64,000 nt of DNA from Dehalococcoidia bacterium. GTDB taxonomy: Bacteria; Chloroflexota; Dehalococcoidia; Lucifugimonadales; UBA1123. Numbering within the stretch: position 1 is the first letter of the stretch; each line of letters opens with the position of its first letter. The translations under genes and the position numbers were made by a program. The notes beneath the pieces were generated by a model. That model saw nothing but the letters and a program-made list of their open reading frames with translations, was not told the origin of the DNA and made no database searches. Shown piece by piece: positions 8,545-19,152 of the stretch. The DNA lies in assembly GCA_963665255.1 (NCBI GenBank), contig OY762210.1, positions 1,588,631-1,652,630 of the forward strand. Direction: 5' to 3'.

Positions 8545-9537
8545 ATGTTGACCACAACCGTGGCTGGACGGACTTGGAATTTCAGCCATGCTATTGGAAG
8601 AAACGCAGCAGCCGGCAATGGCTTCACCCAGCCCGTTGACGTTGCCGCAGGGCCGGATGGCGTACTCTATGTCATCAGCCGCGGTAACGACGGGGCTGGA
8701 GGCGTCGTTGCAGAGAACAAGCGCATTGGCAAGCTAACCATTGACGAGCAGTTCATTGGCGACTTCGGGCGCAGACAGATGATGTGGCCCACTTGCATCG
8801 CGCTTGACTCCGGGGGAAACCTTTACTGTTCAGATGAGCACGAGAACCGGATTCATGTCTTCAACGAAGACGGTGAACTCGTCAACCAGTGGGGAGAGGT
8901 TGGATCTGGCGAGGGCCAGTTGAACGGTCCTTCTGGTCTGGCATTCGACAGCGACGACAACATACTGGTCGCTGAAGCCAAATCCAATCGAATCCAGAAA
9001 TTCACCAAAGACGGCGAGTTCCTGGCTGTCATCGGTGAGGGACAACTGAACCAGCCCTGGGGGATGTTCGTCGACGGAGACGACAATATCTACGTTGCCG
9101 ACTGGGGCAACAGCCGAGGTGTGAAGTTCTCACCGCAGGGTGACCTTTTGGTTACCTATGGAGGCGACTCAGCGGAGGATGGCGCAGATGTGGACCATCC
9201 GGCAAGCATCGCCGTCGATAGTGAGGGCGACGTCTACATGTCGGACTGGGGGAACAAGCGTATCCAGATATACGAACCTGATGGCACGGTGATCACGGCC
9301 CTATACGGTGACGCTGTGGAGTTCAGCAAGTGGGCGGCCGAGGTCATCAACTCCAACCCCGACGCTCAAAAAGCCTACCGCCGCGTCAAGGACCGCACAC
9401 CGCTTGGCCTGTTCGAGCGGCCAGTAGGTCTGACGATTGACTCCGAGGACCGACTCATCGTCACCGACTCGACGAGAGGGCGGCTGCAGGTATATGCGAA
9501 AGAAAAGGACTACATGGATCCTCAGTTCAACCTGTAG
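8545..9537 (+). CDS. NHL-repeat beta-propeller protein
   Basis: Six repeats of the type G.G.G.F..P.G.A.D..GN.YV.D..N.R.Q.F. Start set at ATG 8545 (MLTTTVAGR). The 36 aa upstream in the ORF track look non-coding. Confidence 0.8.
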   Translation: MLTTTVAGRTWNFSHAIGRNAAAGNGFTQPVDVAAGPDGVLYVISRGNDGAGGVVAENKRIGKLTIDEQFIGDFGRRQMMWPTCIALDSGGNLYCSDEHENRIHVFNEDGELVNQWGEVGSGEGQLNGPSGLAFDSDDNILVAEAKSNRIQKFTKDGEFLAVIGEGQLNQPWGMFVDGDDNIYVADWGNSRGVKFSPQGDLLVTYGGDSAEDGADVDHPASIAVDSEGDVYMSDWGNKRIQIYEPDGTVITALYGDAVEFSKWAAEVINSNPDAQKAYRRVKDRTPLGLFERPVGLTIDSEDRLIVTDSTRGRLQVYAKEKDYMDPQFNL

Positions 9538-9566
9538 TCCAGTCTGAAAGCCGAGAGGCTAAATTG

Positions 9567-9596
9567 GGCGTCCCCACTTCTGGGGGCGCCTTTTTT
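9567..9596. terminator. Rho-independent terminator between the convergent NHL gene and priA
   Basis: GGCGTCCCCA-cttc-TGGGGGCGCC (10-bp stem with one G-U pair) followed by TTTTTT, with AAATT on the other side. Confidence 0.8.
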
Positions 9597-9611
9597 CATT
9601 GCGAAGGTCCT

Positions 9612-12080
9612 TCAGGTGAGAGCTACGGGATCTACGTCAACGCTCCACTCACGTGGAACCTCGATCGAGTCTAGAAGCGCCCTCGGGTTATGACCTCTCA
9701 AGACTATATGCCAGCGATACCTGCCTCTGAGTCTGGACGGATATGGGGGAGTGGGACCTAGTATCTCAACGTCAGCCAAGTCTGCCTCAGACTGCGCCTG
9801 CCGGAGCGCATTCGCCAACTCACGGGCCCTGGACTCGGCCATTGCGGCATTCGTGTGGCCATAGACCAGTCGGATCAGTCGCGAATAAGGAGGATTACGC
9901 TGCTCCCTTCTGTAACGCATCTCGGCAATGTAGAACAGCTCGTAGTCTTGAGCCGCTGCTGCCCTGATGGCGTAGTTCTCCGGCTGGTATGTCTGGAAGA
10001 CGACTCGTCCCGAGTCGTGCTCGCGCCCTGACCTACCCGCTACCTGGCACAGCAACTGGAAGGTACGCTCTCCTGACCGGTAGTCGGGAATGCCCAGTCC
10101 GACGTCTGCAAGTACCACTCCAACGAGTGTCACTCCTGGCAGGTGCAGGCCTTTGGCGATCATCTGAGTACCAACGATGACGTCTGCCTCACCACTTCTG
10201 AACTCAGAGAGCAGCTTCTCATACTCACGCGCGTGTCGGGTGGCATCACGGTCCCATCTGAGGACACGTGCCTGGGGGAATTCACGCTCGACTTCTGAAG
10301 CCACTGACTGAGTGCCAATGCCGTAAAGACTGAGCCTGAAGCTCAGACATTCCGGGCAGTTTTCCGGCATTCGCCTTCGCCGCCCGCAGTAGTGGCAGAT
10401 TAGCCGCTGGATAGGTCTGTGGTACGTCAGGGCAATGTCACAGCTCCGGCATGACAGACTGAGTCCACAGTGGCGACACTGCATGTGTGAGGCAGTGCCA
10501 CGCCGATTCAGAAATAGAATCGCCTGCTGTCCCGCGTCCAGACAGGAAGCCAGCTCGGAGTGCAACCTGCGGGAGAACATTCCCCTGTTTCCCTCGCGTA
10601 GCTCCCGTCTCATGTCGACCACTTCTACCTCTGGCAGCGGTAGGACTGACGTGCTTCCGTCGGGTTCTCTGACCAGTCTGTCCTTCAGGCCGTGCAGGCC
10701 GTACTCCCGACGGCGTCCCAGGTAGTAAGAGCCGACATCCGGCGATGCGCTGCCCAGCACCGTCACTGCACCTGACAGCCTCCCCAAGTGTTCCGCTACC
10801 GATTTTGCGTGGTATCTGGGCGCCATGTCGTTCTGTTTGTAGGTCCACTCATGCTCCTCGTCCAAAATGATCAGGCCGGGATTGGACAGGGGGGCGAACA
10901 CAGCGCTCCGTGAGCCAATCACTACGTCTCGCGAACCACTGTGAATCGCCCACCACTGATCGTGGCGCTGGCCAGGTGTGAGGCCGCTGTGCTGAACTGC
11001 AACACGACCCCGGAATCGTCCTGCAAACCTCTCGATGGTCTGAGTGGTCAGTGCGATTTCAGGGACCAGCACGATCGCTTGACGTCCAAGTGCCAGGCAT
11101 TGCTCCACCGCAGACAGGTACACCTCGGTCTTGCCGCTGCCGGTAACTCCCTGCACGAGAATTACCCTTGGTTCGACGGTGTTGTCGCCCAAAGCCCTGG
11201 AGATTCCGTTAACTGCAGTCTGCTGGGGTTGGGAAAGTTCGACCTTCGGGCCGGGTTCATACTCCCTGTCAGCCAACGGATCTCGAAATACCTGGGTCTG
11301 CTCGACTACTATGAAGCCCTTGTCTCTAAGGCCTGAGACGGCAGAGGGGCCAAACTCTCTTCTTGCCTGAGCAGCCGGGGTGAGCGAGTCCGTCTCTACG
11401 AGGCTGAGAATGAGGTCCGCCTGCCTCGGCGCTCGACTTCCGCGCTCGGACAACCACCGTCGTATCTCTCCGATCGCACCGGTCCTGACGCGCAGATACT
11501 CGACGTACCTCGGACCTATCATCCGGCGATTTGATCTATAGGTGCGTTCCAATACATCGCGGGATACGAGTGGGCCGACTGTCGCTCTGACCCATTCCCC
11601 CAAGCTGGAAGCAAGGGAATCAACGTCAACCTGTCCATCTCTTCGGACGGCCTCCAGCACGCGGAGTTGCCTGTCGCTATTGGACACCGACTCGATGTCG
11701 GTGACGTTTTCGGATAGAGACACAACTGTCCGTGTCTGAACGCGACTTCCGGGCGGCAGCATGGGTGCGACGGCCTCGAAGAGGGAACATCGGTAGTAGT
11801 CGCTGATCCAGCGTGCGAGGGTCAGGTGAGTATCACTTACCAGGGAGTCCTCGAAGAGGTTCTCTGCGATCTCGCGCGTCTCTTCGACACTTGGCGCGTC
11901 AGTTAACTCAAAGACAACGCCCTGAATAGTCCTGGGACCGAATGGTACGCGGATGAGTTGTCCAGGAATCAGGTGCCATCCGGATGGTACGGAGTAACTG
12001 AAAGTCCTCGAGGGCCCCGTTGGGGCGTCGACGGCAACTTCGGCGAATCTCACGGCATCCCCCTTCTCGGGCGCTGCCAT
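9612..12080 (-). CDS. priA: Primosomal protein N' (replication restart helicase PriA)
   Basis: 822 aa. Walker A GVTGSGKTEVY, DEEH box (ILDEEHEW) and a Cys-rich zinc region CRHCGLSLSCRSCDIALTYH..LICHYCG. Confidence 0.93.
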   Translation of the reverse strand: MAAPEKGDAVRFAEVAVDAPTGPSRTFSYSVPSGWHLIPGQLIRVPFGPRTIQGVVFELTDAPSVEETREIAENLFEDSLVSDTHLTLARWISDYYRCSLFEAVAPMLPPGSRVQTRTVVSLSENVTDIESVSNSDRQLRVLEAVRRDGQVDVDSLASSLGEWVRATVGPLVSRDVLERTYRSNRRMIGPRYVEYLRVRTGAIGEIRRWLSERGSRAPRQADLILSLVETDSLTPAAQARREFGPSAVSGLRDKGFIVVEQTQVFRDPLADREYEPGPKVELSQPQQTAVNGISRALGDNTVEPRVILVQGVTGSGKTEVYLSAVEQCLALGRQAIVLVPEIALTTQTIERFAGRFRGRVAVQHSGLTPGQRHDQWWAIHSGSRDVVIGSRSAVFAPLSNPGLIILDEEHEWTYKQNDMAPRYHAKSVAEHLGRLSGAVTVLGSASPDVGSYYLGRRREYGLHGLKDRLVREPDGSTSVLPLPEVEVVDMRRELREGNRGMFSRRLHSELASCLDAGQQAILFLNRRGTASHMQCRHCGLSLSCRSCDIALTYHRPIQRLICHYCGRRRRMPENCPECLSFRLSLYGIGTQSVASEVEREFPQARVLRWDRDATRHAREYEKLLSEFRSGEADVIVGTQMIAKGLHLPGVTLVGVVLADVGLGIPDYRSGERTFQLLCQVAGRSGREHDSGRVVFQTYQPENYAIRAAAAQDYELFYIAEMRYRREQRNPPYSRLIRLVYGHTNAAMAESRARELANALRQAQSEADLADVEILGPTPPYPSRLRGRYRWHIVLRGHNPRALLDSIEVPREWSVDVDPVALT

Positions 12081-12143
12081 CGACTCAGGGTCGAGTTTGG
12101 GAGACTTCCAAGGACGGATGCGAGCCGAGGAGTGGACTTACCC

Positions 12144-12500
12144 CTAGCGCCTGGCGCGCTCCCTGCGGTCTTCGGGAATACGGGCCGCGCGACCCGACCT
12201 GCCACGCAGATAGTATAGCCGGGCTCTACGTACTCGCCCACGTCGGACAAGCTTTACATATTCCACGTTTGGCGAGTGCAGCATGAAAGTCCGCTCCACG
12301 CCGATTTCGTAGCTGACGCGTCTGACCGTGAAGGATGCACCGGGCCCGCTTCCGCGTGACCTGATCACCACGCCCTCGAACACCTGTGTCCTGGTGCGGT
12401 TGGCTTCCGTTACGCGAACACCTACCTGAACGGTGTCACCAGGAGTGAAATCGTCGATGTTCTCGTTCGTCTGAAGCTTGACCAGCTGATGTGCTTCCAT
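12144..12500 (-). CDS. rplS: 50S ribosomal protein L19
   Basis: 118 aa. [29 protein letters not shown] and [13 protein letters not shown] are typical of L19. Confidence 0.95.
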   Translation of the reverse strand: MEAHQLVKLQTNENIDDFTPGDTVQVGVRVTEANRTRTQVFEGVVIRSRGSGPGASFTVRRVSYEIGVERTFMLHSPNVEYVKLVRRGRVRRARLYYLRGRSGRAARIPEDRRERARR

Positions 12501-12617
12501 TGGCTTTTGTCCTGAATGGGCGCTGAGTGTCAGTATGTTCAGTAGGTACTGAGAAGTACGTCAGGTAATTGTATAGATTCGCTTCAATTTGGTTCAAGTC
12601 ACATGGCCGCGCAGGTT

Positions 12618-13403
12618 CTATGCCCATGGCAGATCCATACTGTTGGCGACCCCTTTCGCAAGGCCGGCGAAACCCGTCAAGTCGGAACTCGACATATTTG
12701 CAGGATCCATGGGAGTTATGGATACCCAGCCATTTCTGGTGGCCCAGACGTCGCAGCCTTCGGGAATCTTGTCACCAATTGGCTTGTTGTGCAGAATCCA
12801 AAAGTGCGTGCGGCGGCCGTCCTGACCCTGTATCACACTTTCGAGATAGGCTTTAGGGCCCAGAAAAGTAGTGCGGATGCCCTTGATGCGATCTGGCGCA
12901 ACATTTGGGACATTTACGTTGTACAGAAAGGGTCCGACCCCGTTTCCGACCACCTCTTGTGCGAGTCTCATAGCTACCTGCGCGGCCGGTTTGTACTGGA
13001 CACCAGTCACTGCAGTAACTGACACAGCAATCGAAGGGATTCTACGAAAGTACCCTCTCATGGCTCCCCCAACCGTGCCGGAGTCGAAGGCGTCAAGTCC
13101 GAGGTTCGCACCCTCATTGATTCCAGACACAACTAGATCGAATGGCTCACTGAAGATGGACTCAGACGCGAGAATCACACAGTCGGAAGGGGTGCCGCTC
13201 ACGGTGTATGCCGCAACTCCCTCTCTTCGTGACTCGACCTCAGACACTCTTAGGATGTTGAGCAACGTGCGAGCAGTGCCTATGCCGCTCTGGTCACGGT
13301 CAGGCGCGACGACTGAGACCTCTCCAACGGATTCAAGTGCCTCGACTAGCGTCCACAGGCCGTCCGCATTAATGCCGTCATCATTGGTGACTAGAATTCT
13401 CAA
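12618..13403 (-). CDS. surE: 5'/3'-nucleotidase SurE
   Basis: MRILVTNDDGINADGL..APDRDQSG..SGINEGANLG. Confidence 0.92.
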   Translation of the reverse strand: MRILVTNDDGINADGLWTLVEALESVGEVSVVAPDRDQSGIGTARTLLNILRVSEVESRREGVAAYTVSGTPSDCVILASESIFSEPFDLVVSGINEGANLGLDAFDSGTVGGAMRGYFRRIPSIAVSVTAVTGVQYKPAAQVAMRLAQEVVGNGVGPFLYNVNVPNVAPDRIKGIRTTFLGPKAYLESVIQGQDGRRTHFWILHNKPIGDKIPEGCDVWATRNGWVSITPMDPANMSSSDLTGFAGLAKGVANSMDLPWA

Positions 13404-13407
13404 TTTG

Positions 13408-13701
13408 CTATATCTCTCGCGTTACATACCAGCGCATGTACTTGGGGCTGTCCATCGACACGCCACGATCGTAATAGATTTCGAACTTGCGGCCCTCGGC
13501 AGTCTCCACCCTGTAGTAGTTGCGATGATATCGTTGCCGCCAGGTATGCTTTCGACCGTCACTTGGGAAGCCGTAGTCCTGCCATGACGTCATGATCCGT
13601 GCAACTTCATACGTCTCCTCCTTGAAGGAGAACGCCGTCGGTTCCCTCGTTACGGGGTCCCGCTCTACTGAGATCGTCTGTCCAAAAAAGCGTCTCGACA
13701 C
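13408..13701 (-). CDS. Hypothetical small basic Trp/Tyr/Arg-rich protein (97 aa)
   Basis: GTG-start ORF that ends 4 nt before surE on the same strand. Its composition looks like a real protein (…HTWRQRYHRNYYRVETAEGRKFEIYYDRG…). I cannot name a family with confidence. Confidence 0.55.
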   Translation of the reverse strand: MSRRFFGQTISVERDPVTREPTAFSFKEETYEVARIMTSWQDYGFPSDGRKHTWRQRYHRNYYRVETAEGRKFEIYYDRGVSMDSPKYMRWYVTREI

Positions 13702-13870
13702 ACTAAGCGGTCTGTCTTCTGCTTAAACCCTGAAAGCCCGGGTCGCTTCTGGCCGGTGGCATTATACCAGCGCCGACTTTTACGTGGCGTTGAGGCCTGA
13801 TATATAATCATTCAATCCTGATGCGGCCGAATTCTTCAGGACGCCGCGTTACATAACCGGGAGGATCCCG

Positions 13871-15556
<1,686 letters not shown>

Positions 15557-15628
15557 ACCTGCGCACGGGTCCAACCCTCTGACCATTCATGGAAATATTG
15601 AAGGGCAGGGGAACACTTCCAGACTGAG

Positions 15629-15661
15629 GCGCTCCCGAACACTCGGGAGCGCTTTTTCTTT
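15629..15661 (+). terminator. Rho-independent terminator of ilvD
   Basis: GCGCTCCCGA-acac-TCGGGAGCGC (10-bp perfect stem) followed by TTTTTCTTT. Confidence 0.82.
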
Positions 15662-15686
15662 CCACGAAGGCTACGTGCAGCGGCCT

Positions 15687-18077
15687 TCAGGCCAAAGCAC
15701 CTGTCCCTTCGTCTGCCTCAGCCATCCAGTAACCTACACGTCGCTTGGTGAAGATATAGCTCGGATTCTCCGCGTCGTCACCAAGCTTGCTGCGTAGCCT
15801 CATAACTATTATGCGCACAGGAGCTGAATCACTCGAGTTGCTATGTCCCCATACACGTCGCACCAGTTGCTCGTGGGTCATGATGCGTCCTGCGTTGGTT
15901 GAGAGTTCTACCAGGACGCGATATTCGGTGTCAGTCAACTCGATCTGCGTACCTGAAACGGAGACCCGGCGCTGAGCGTAGTCGATGACAAGGTCGTGCA
16001 GTACAAAGGGCTTGCCAATTTCAATGTCGCTGAGTGGAGACGTATGCCGGCGCATAGCGGCGTTGATCCTGGCCACGAGTTCGGTAGGTGAGAAAGGCTT
16101 GACGACATAATCGGCGGCTCCTGAATCGAATGCCCTGGCGATTACATCGTCTTGCCCGTAGGCTGACAGGAATATGACTGGTGTATTGGCTAGGTCGCTG
16201 ACAGTTCGCATCAGTTCTATTCCGTCAGTTCCCGGCAGCATCAGGTCCAGCAACACAAGGTGGGGCTGTCCGTCGTGCAACAATCGGGGGACGTCACTTG
16301 GGTCCGCCGTCACGCTCAGTTCATAGCCCGACTCAGAGAGGACACCTCTGACGTACCTAAGTGTATGCGGGTCGTCGTCCACCACGAGAATTCGTGGGCG
16401 CTCTCTATTCGTATCTGGGCTACGCACACGGGTGCCAGCCGTCTGGATCTCGGGGTGATACTCTGCTGCCACCGGAAGCGTGAAGGTTAGCGTCGTTCCC
16501 AGATTGGGGCCTTTGCTGTCGGCCCAGATTCGTCCTCCGTGCGCGTCTATAATTCCCTTGCAGATTGCCAGCCCTAGACCGTAGTCACCTCTGTTGTCGC
16601 CCGACCCAGAAAACTTCCGGAACAGGTGTGGAAGGCGATCGGCGGGGATGCCCTGGCCTTGGTCAGATACCGACACCGCAACGTGGGTGCCCCTGGTCTT
16701 AGCCGTAACGTGAATCAGGTGGGCGTTAGGCGAGTACCGGGCAGCGTTGGACAGCAGATTGATCATGACCTGGACTATGCGTCGCCTGTCTGCCATGACC
16801 GGAGGCAGGTCCGATGGAAGCTCAATCCGAAAGTCGTTGCCTCCGCCCGAAGTCCTAAATGTGCCTCTGGCTTCATCGATCAACACCGCTACTTCGGATG
16901 GAACTGGCGAGATCGACAGGCTTCCCGCTTCGATGCGGGCTACATCGAGCAGGTCGGTAATCAGGCTGCTCATGCGGTCAGCCTCCTGCTCGATGATCCG
17001 GAAGAACAGATCAAGCTCGGCAGGGTCGAGTGAGGCCCACGACCCTGCCAGGGTTGCTGCCGAGCCCTTGATGGAACTAAGTGGGGCGCGCAACTCATGG
17101 CTAACTGTGCCGAGGAACTCAGCTCTTAGGCGCTCCACTTCCTGCAGCGGGGTCATGTCCTGGAGTGTTACGACATATGACTCGACCTCGCCACCTTGCG
17201 AATGTATCGGGGTAGCGTTAACGAGAGTTGTGACACTCTCGCCGTCCGGCACGCTGATGACGATCTCTTCTGCCCGTACCATCTCAGCGTCCCTAAGCAT
17301 CGTGGTCAGCGGCAACTCCTTAAAAGAAACCTCTTCGCTGCCCGCACGCCGAATTGTCAGGATATCGAGAACCTCTTCGGGAGTGAACTCGGGGGAGGCA
17401 AGCTTGGAGCTAATCCTTCTCGTCTCGCGATTGACGTAGGTTGGGATACCCGTCTGAGCCTCAAATACCAGCACACCGACCGGGACGGTGTCGACCAATG
17501 CTTCCAGATCGCTGCGGACTCGCTGTTCGTCTCGGTAGAGTCGGGCGTTTTCTATTACAAGCGCCGACTGGGAGGCGAACATTACAATGGTTTCCTCGTC
17601 ATCCGAGGTGAACTCTTGGCCTGATGCCTTGTCGCCAAGGTAAATGACACCGGTTAGGTTCCCCAAGTAGGTGATAGGGGCAATCAGGAAGGGGAGGGGC
17701 GTACTCACCTGCACGGGCGGCTGGAACGCAGGCAAGCCCAGTTCCCTTATGAAGGCCTGGAAGTCCCGAACTCTCACGGCATGAGAGAGTCCACTAATTC
17801 GCTGGAAGAGCCTCTTGCCGTCCTCCATCTCCCACAACTGCGCTGCCTGTTCAGATGTCAATCCGGAAGCCAGGCAGTCCTGGACCTGCTGCTCTTCATC
17901 CAGGAGCAGAATCACGCCATAGAGGGCTCCAGTCAGGGCGCAGGCGCTATCCAGGACACCCTGGAGGACTCGGTCAAGGTTGAGGCTTTCGTTGATCCGA
18001 AGGCTGGCCTCGCTAAGCCGCGAAAGGCGCTCTCTCAGAGCCTCGATTTCCACGTCACATTCGTCGGCAATCGGCAT
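15687..18077 (-). CDS. Soluble hybrid sensor: GAF-PAS-HisKA-HATPase fused to a complete OmpR/PhoB-type response regulator (REC + winged helix)
   Basis: 796 aa with no TM segment. H-box FLGTVSHELRAPLSSIKG (His327). N/G boxes (LLSNAARYS, DQGQGIP, GLGLAICKG). REC domain ILVVDDD...LVLLDLMLPGTDG (Asp611)...VVKPF. C-terminal Trans_reg_C-like LTDTEYRVLVEL..VRIIVMRLRSKL..IFTKRRVGYWM. Confidence 0.9.
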   Translation of the reverse strand: MPIADECDVEIEALRERLSRLSEASLRINESLNLDRVLQGVLDSACALTGALYGVILLLDEEQQVQDCLASGLTSEQAAQLWEMEDGKRLFQRISGLSHAVRVRDFQAFIRELGLPAFQPPVQVSTPLPFLIAPITYLGNLTGVIYLGDKASGQEFTSDDEETIVMFASQSALVIENARLYRDEQRVRSDLEALVDTVPVGVLVFEAQTGIPTYVNRETRRISSKLASPEFTPEEVLDILTIRRAGSEEVSFKELPLTTMLRDAEMVRAEEIVISVPDGESVTTLVNATPIHSQGGEVESYVVTLQDMTPLQEVERLRAEFLGTVSHELRAPLSSIKGSAATLAGSWASLDPAELDLFFRIIEQEADRMSSLITDLLDVARIEAGSLSISPVPSEVAVLIDEARGTFRTSGGGNDFRIELPSDLPPVMADRRRIVQVMINLLSNAARYSPNAHLIHVTAKTRGTHVAVSVSDQGQGIPADRLPHLFRKFSGSGDNRGDYGLGLAICKGIIDAHGGRIWADSKGPNLGTTLTFTLPVAAEYHPEIQTAGTRVRSPDTNRERPRILVVDDDPHTLRYVRGVLSESGYELSVTADPSDVPRLLHDGQPHLVLLDLMLPGTDGIELMRTVSDLANTPVIFLSAYGQDDVIARAFDSGAADYVVKPFSPTELVARINAAMRRHTSPLSDIEIGKPFVLHDLVIDYAQRRVSVSGTQIELTDTEYRVLVELSTNAGRIMTHEQLVRRVWGHSNSSDSAPVRIIVMRLRSKLGDDAENPSYIFTKRRVGYWMAEADEGTGALA

Positions 18078-18370
18078 TTTCCCACCTCATTGGACAAGGA
18101 CTCAAAGGTCCCCCAAGGATTGGTACTATTGCGATTCCGGCGAGTCGCAGGCCAACTATACCACAAAAGACACTAAATTATACAGATTTTGTTACATTAA
18201 CTCGCATTTCTTAAACGTTATTTATACGAAATCGGTGATAGCATTCTTCGCGTTGTGAGCCAACTGGTCACATCTACAAGCCCGATTGCATGAGTCGCCT
18301 GTGCGAAGGACCTCTTCACTCCTGACTTTCATGGTGGAGCCTTCGCACGCCCCTCGGAGGAACGTGCACG

Positions 18371-18616
18371 TTGCAGAGCCATCGTCCATTCAGCAGCAGT
18401 GAATCCTATGTTGTCCCCGATAACTTTCCTGTACGTTTAGAGCAGTTCAAGGAGGCATCTGGCCTTTCATGGGCGGAATTGAATCGCCGCGTTGGGACCC
18501 ATCCACAGACCATGAGACGCTGGAGGAAGAGTGAGACGCGCCCCAGTACTCGTCACATGTTAGCGTTATTGGATCTCGCCGACAGTCTGGGAATCGGTTA
18601 CCTGTTCACCGACTGA
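18371..18616 (+). CDS. Small XRE-like helix-turn-helix protein (81 aa)
   Basis: FPVRLEQFKEASGLSWAELNRRVGTHPQTMRRWRKSETRPSTRHMLALLDLADSLG fits an HTH_3/XRE pattern. TTG start about 10 nt after GGAGGA. Confidence 0.55.
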   Translation: MQSHRPFSSSESYVVPDNFPVRLEQFKEASGLSWAELNRRVGTHPQTMRRWRKSETRPSTRHMLALLDLADSLGIGYLFTD

Positions 18617-18783
18617 CACGGCGACCATTTAAATTGGTACGCTGGCTCGACCGTAGCGGATTCTCAAGTTGTCTGCAGATGCCAGTGGACGAGTTCAGAA
18701 ATAGCGACAATTTCGCTCCAAATTGCATTCACAATCTCGCGGCTTTATGATGCCTTCCAATTTCAACAATTGGGAGCAGTTTA

Positions 18784-19095
18784 GTGCCAACATTTGAAAT
18801 AGTACCTCTGAATGAAGCCCAACTGGAGCTTACGCTTTCCGGCAAACGAGGCGCGGTTCTACGCGAATACGTTGACATTCTGAGAAAACTCGAACCTGGT
18901 CAAGCAGGTAAAGTTACGGCAAACGAAGGCGAAACTACGGCAGGTATTCGCAGAAGACTGGCAACCGCTGCGGGCCTGCTGGGCAAGACTTTGGAACTTA
19001 ACCTGCAGGACAATGTCGTCTATTTCTGGGAAGAGGGCGACGGTGCAGCTCCGATGCGCAGGCGCAGGAGATCGAGTTCTGAGGCAAGTGAATAG
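18784..19095 (+). CDS. Hypothetical protein (103 aa) with an Arg/Ser-rich tail
   Basis: GTG start 7 nt after GGGAG. No family recognised. Visibly lower GC than the neighbouring genes. Confidence 0.45.
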   Translation: MPTFEIVPLNEAQLELTLSGKRGAVLREYVDILRKLEPGQAGKVTANEGETTAGIRRRLATAAGLLGKTLELNLQDNVVYFWEEGDGAAPMRRRRRSSSEASE

Positions 19096-19152
19096 CAAGA
19101 ATAGAGTACAATTGCGTCTTACTATTAACACTTGTCTGGAGGAATTCCCTCA

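Noticed and set aside
7102-8589. 495-aa ORF on the minus strand, longer than any annotated gene in its neighbourhood
   Set aside because: It lies antisense to the DUF1501 gene, whose plus-strand product has clear family motifs. The antisense product is R/L/V/A-rich with no recognisable motif, which is typical of stop-poor antisense frames in GC-rich DNA.
12560-12617. tRNA-like T-arm string (GGTTCAAGTC) in the surE-rplS spacer
   Set aside because: No acceptor stem, anticodon arm or cloverleaf can be drawn around it. It is more likely part of the rplS promoter/leader (TTGAAC, 18 nt, TACAAT on the minus strand).
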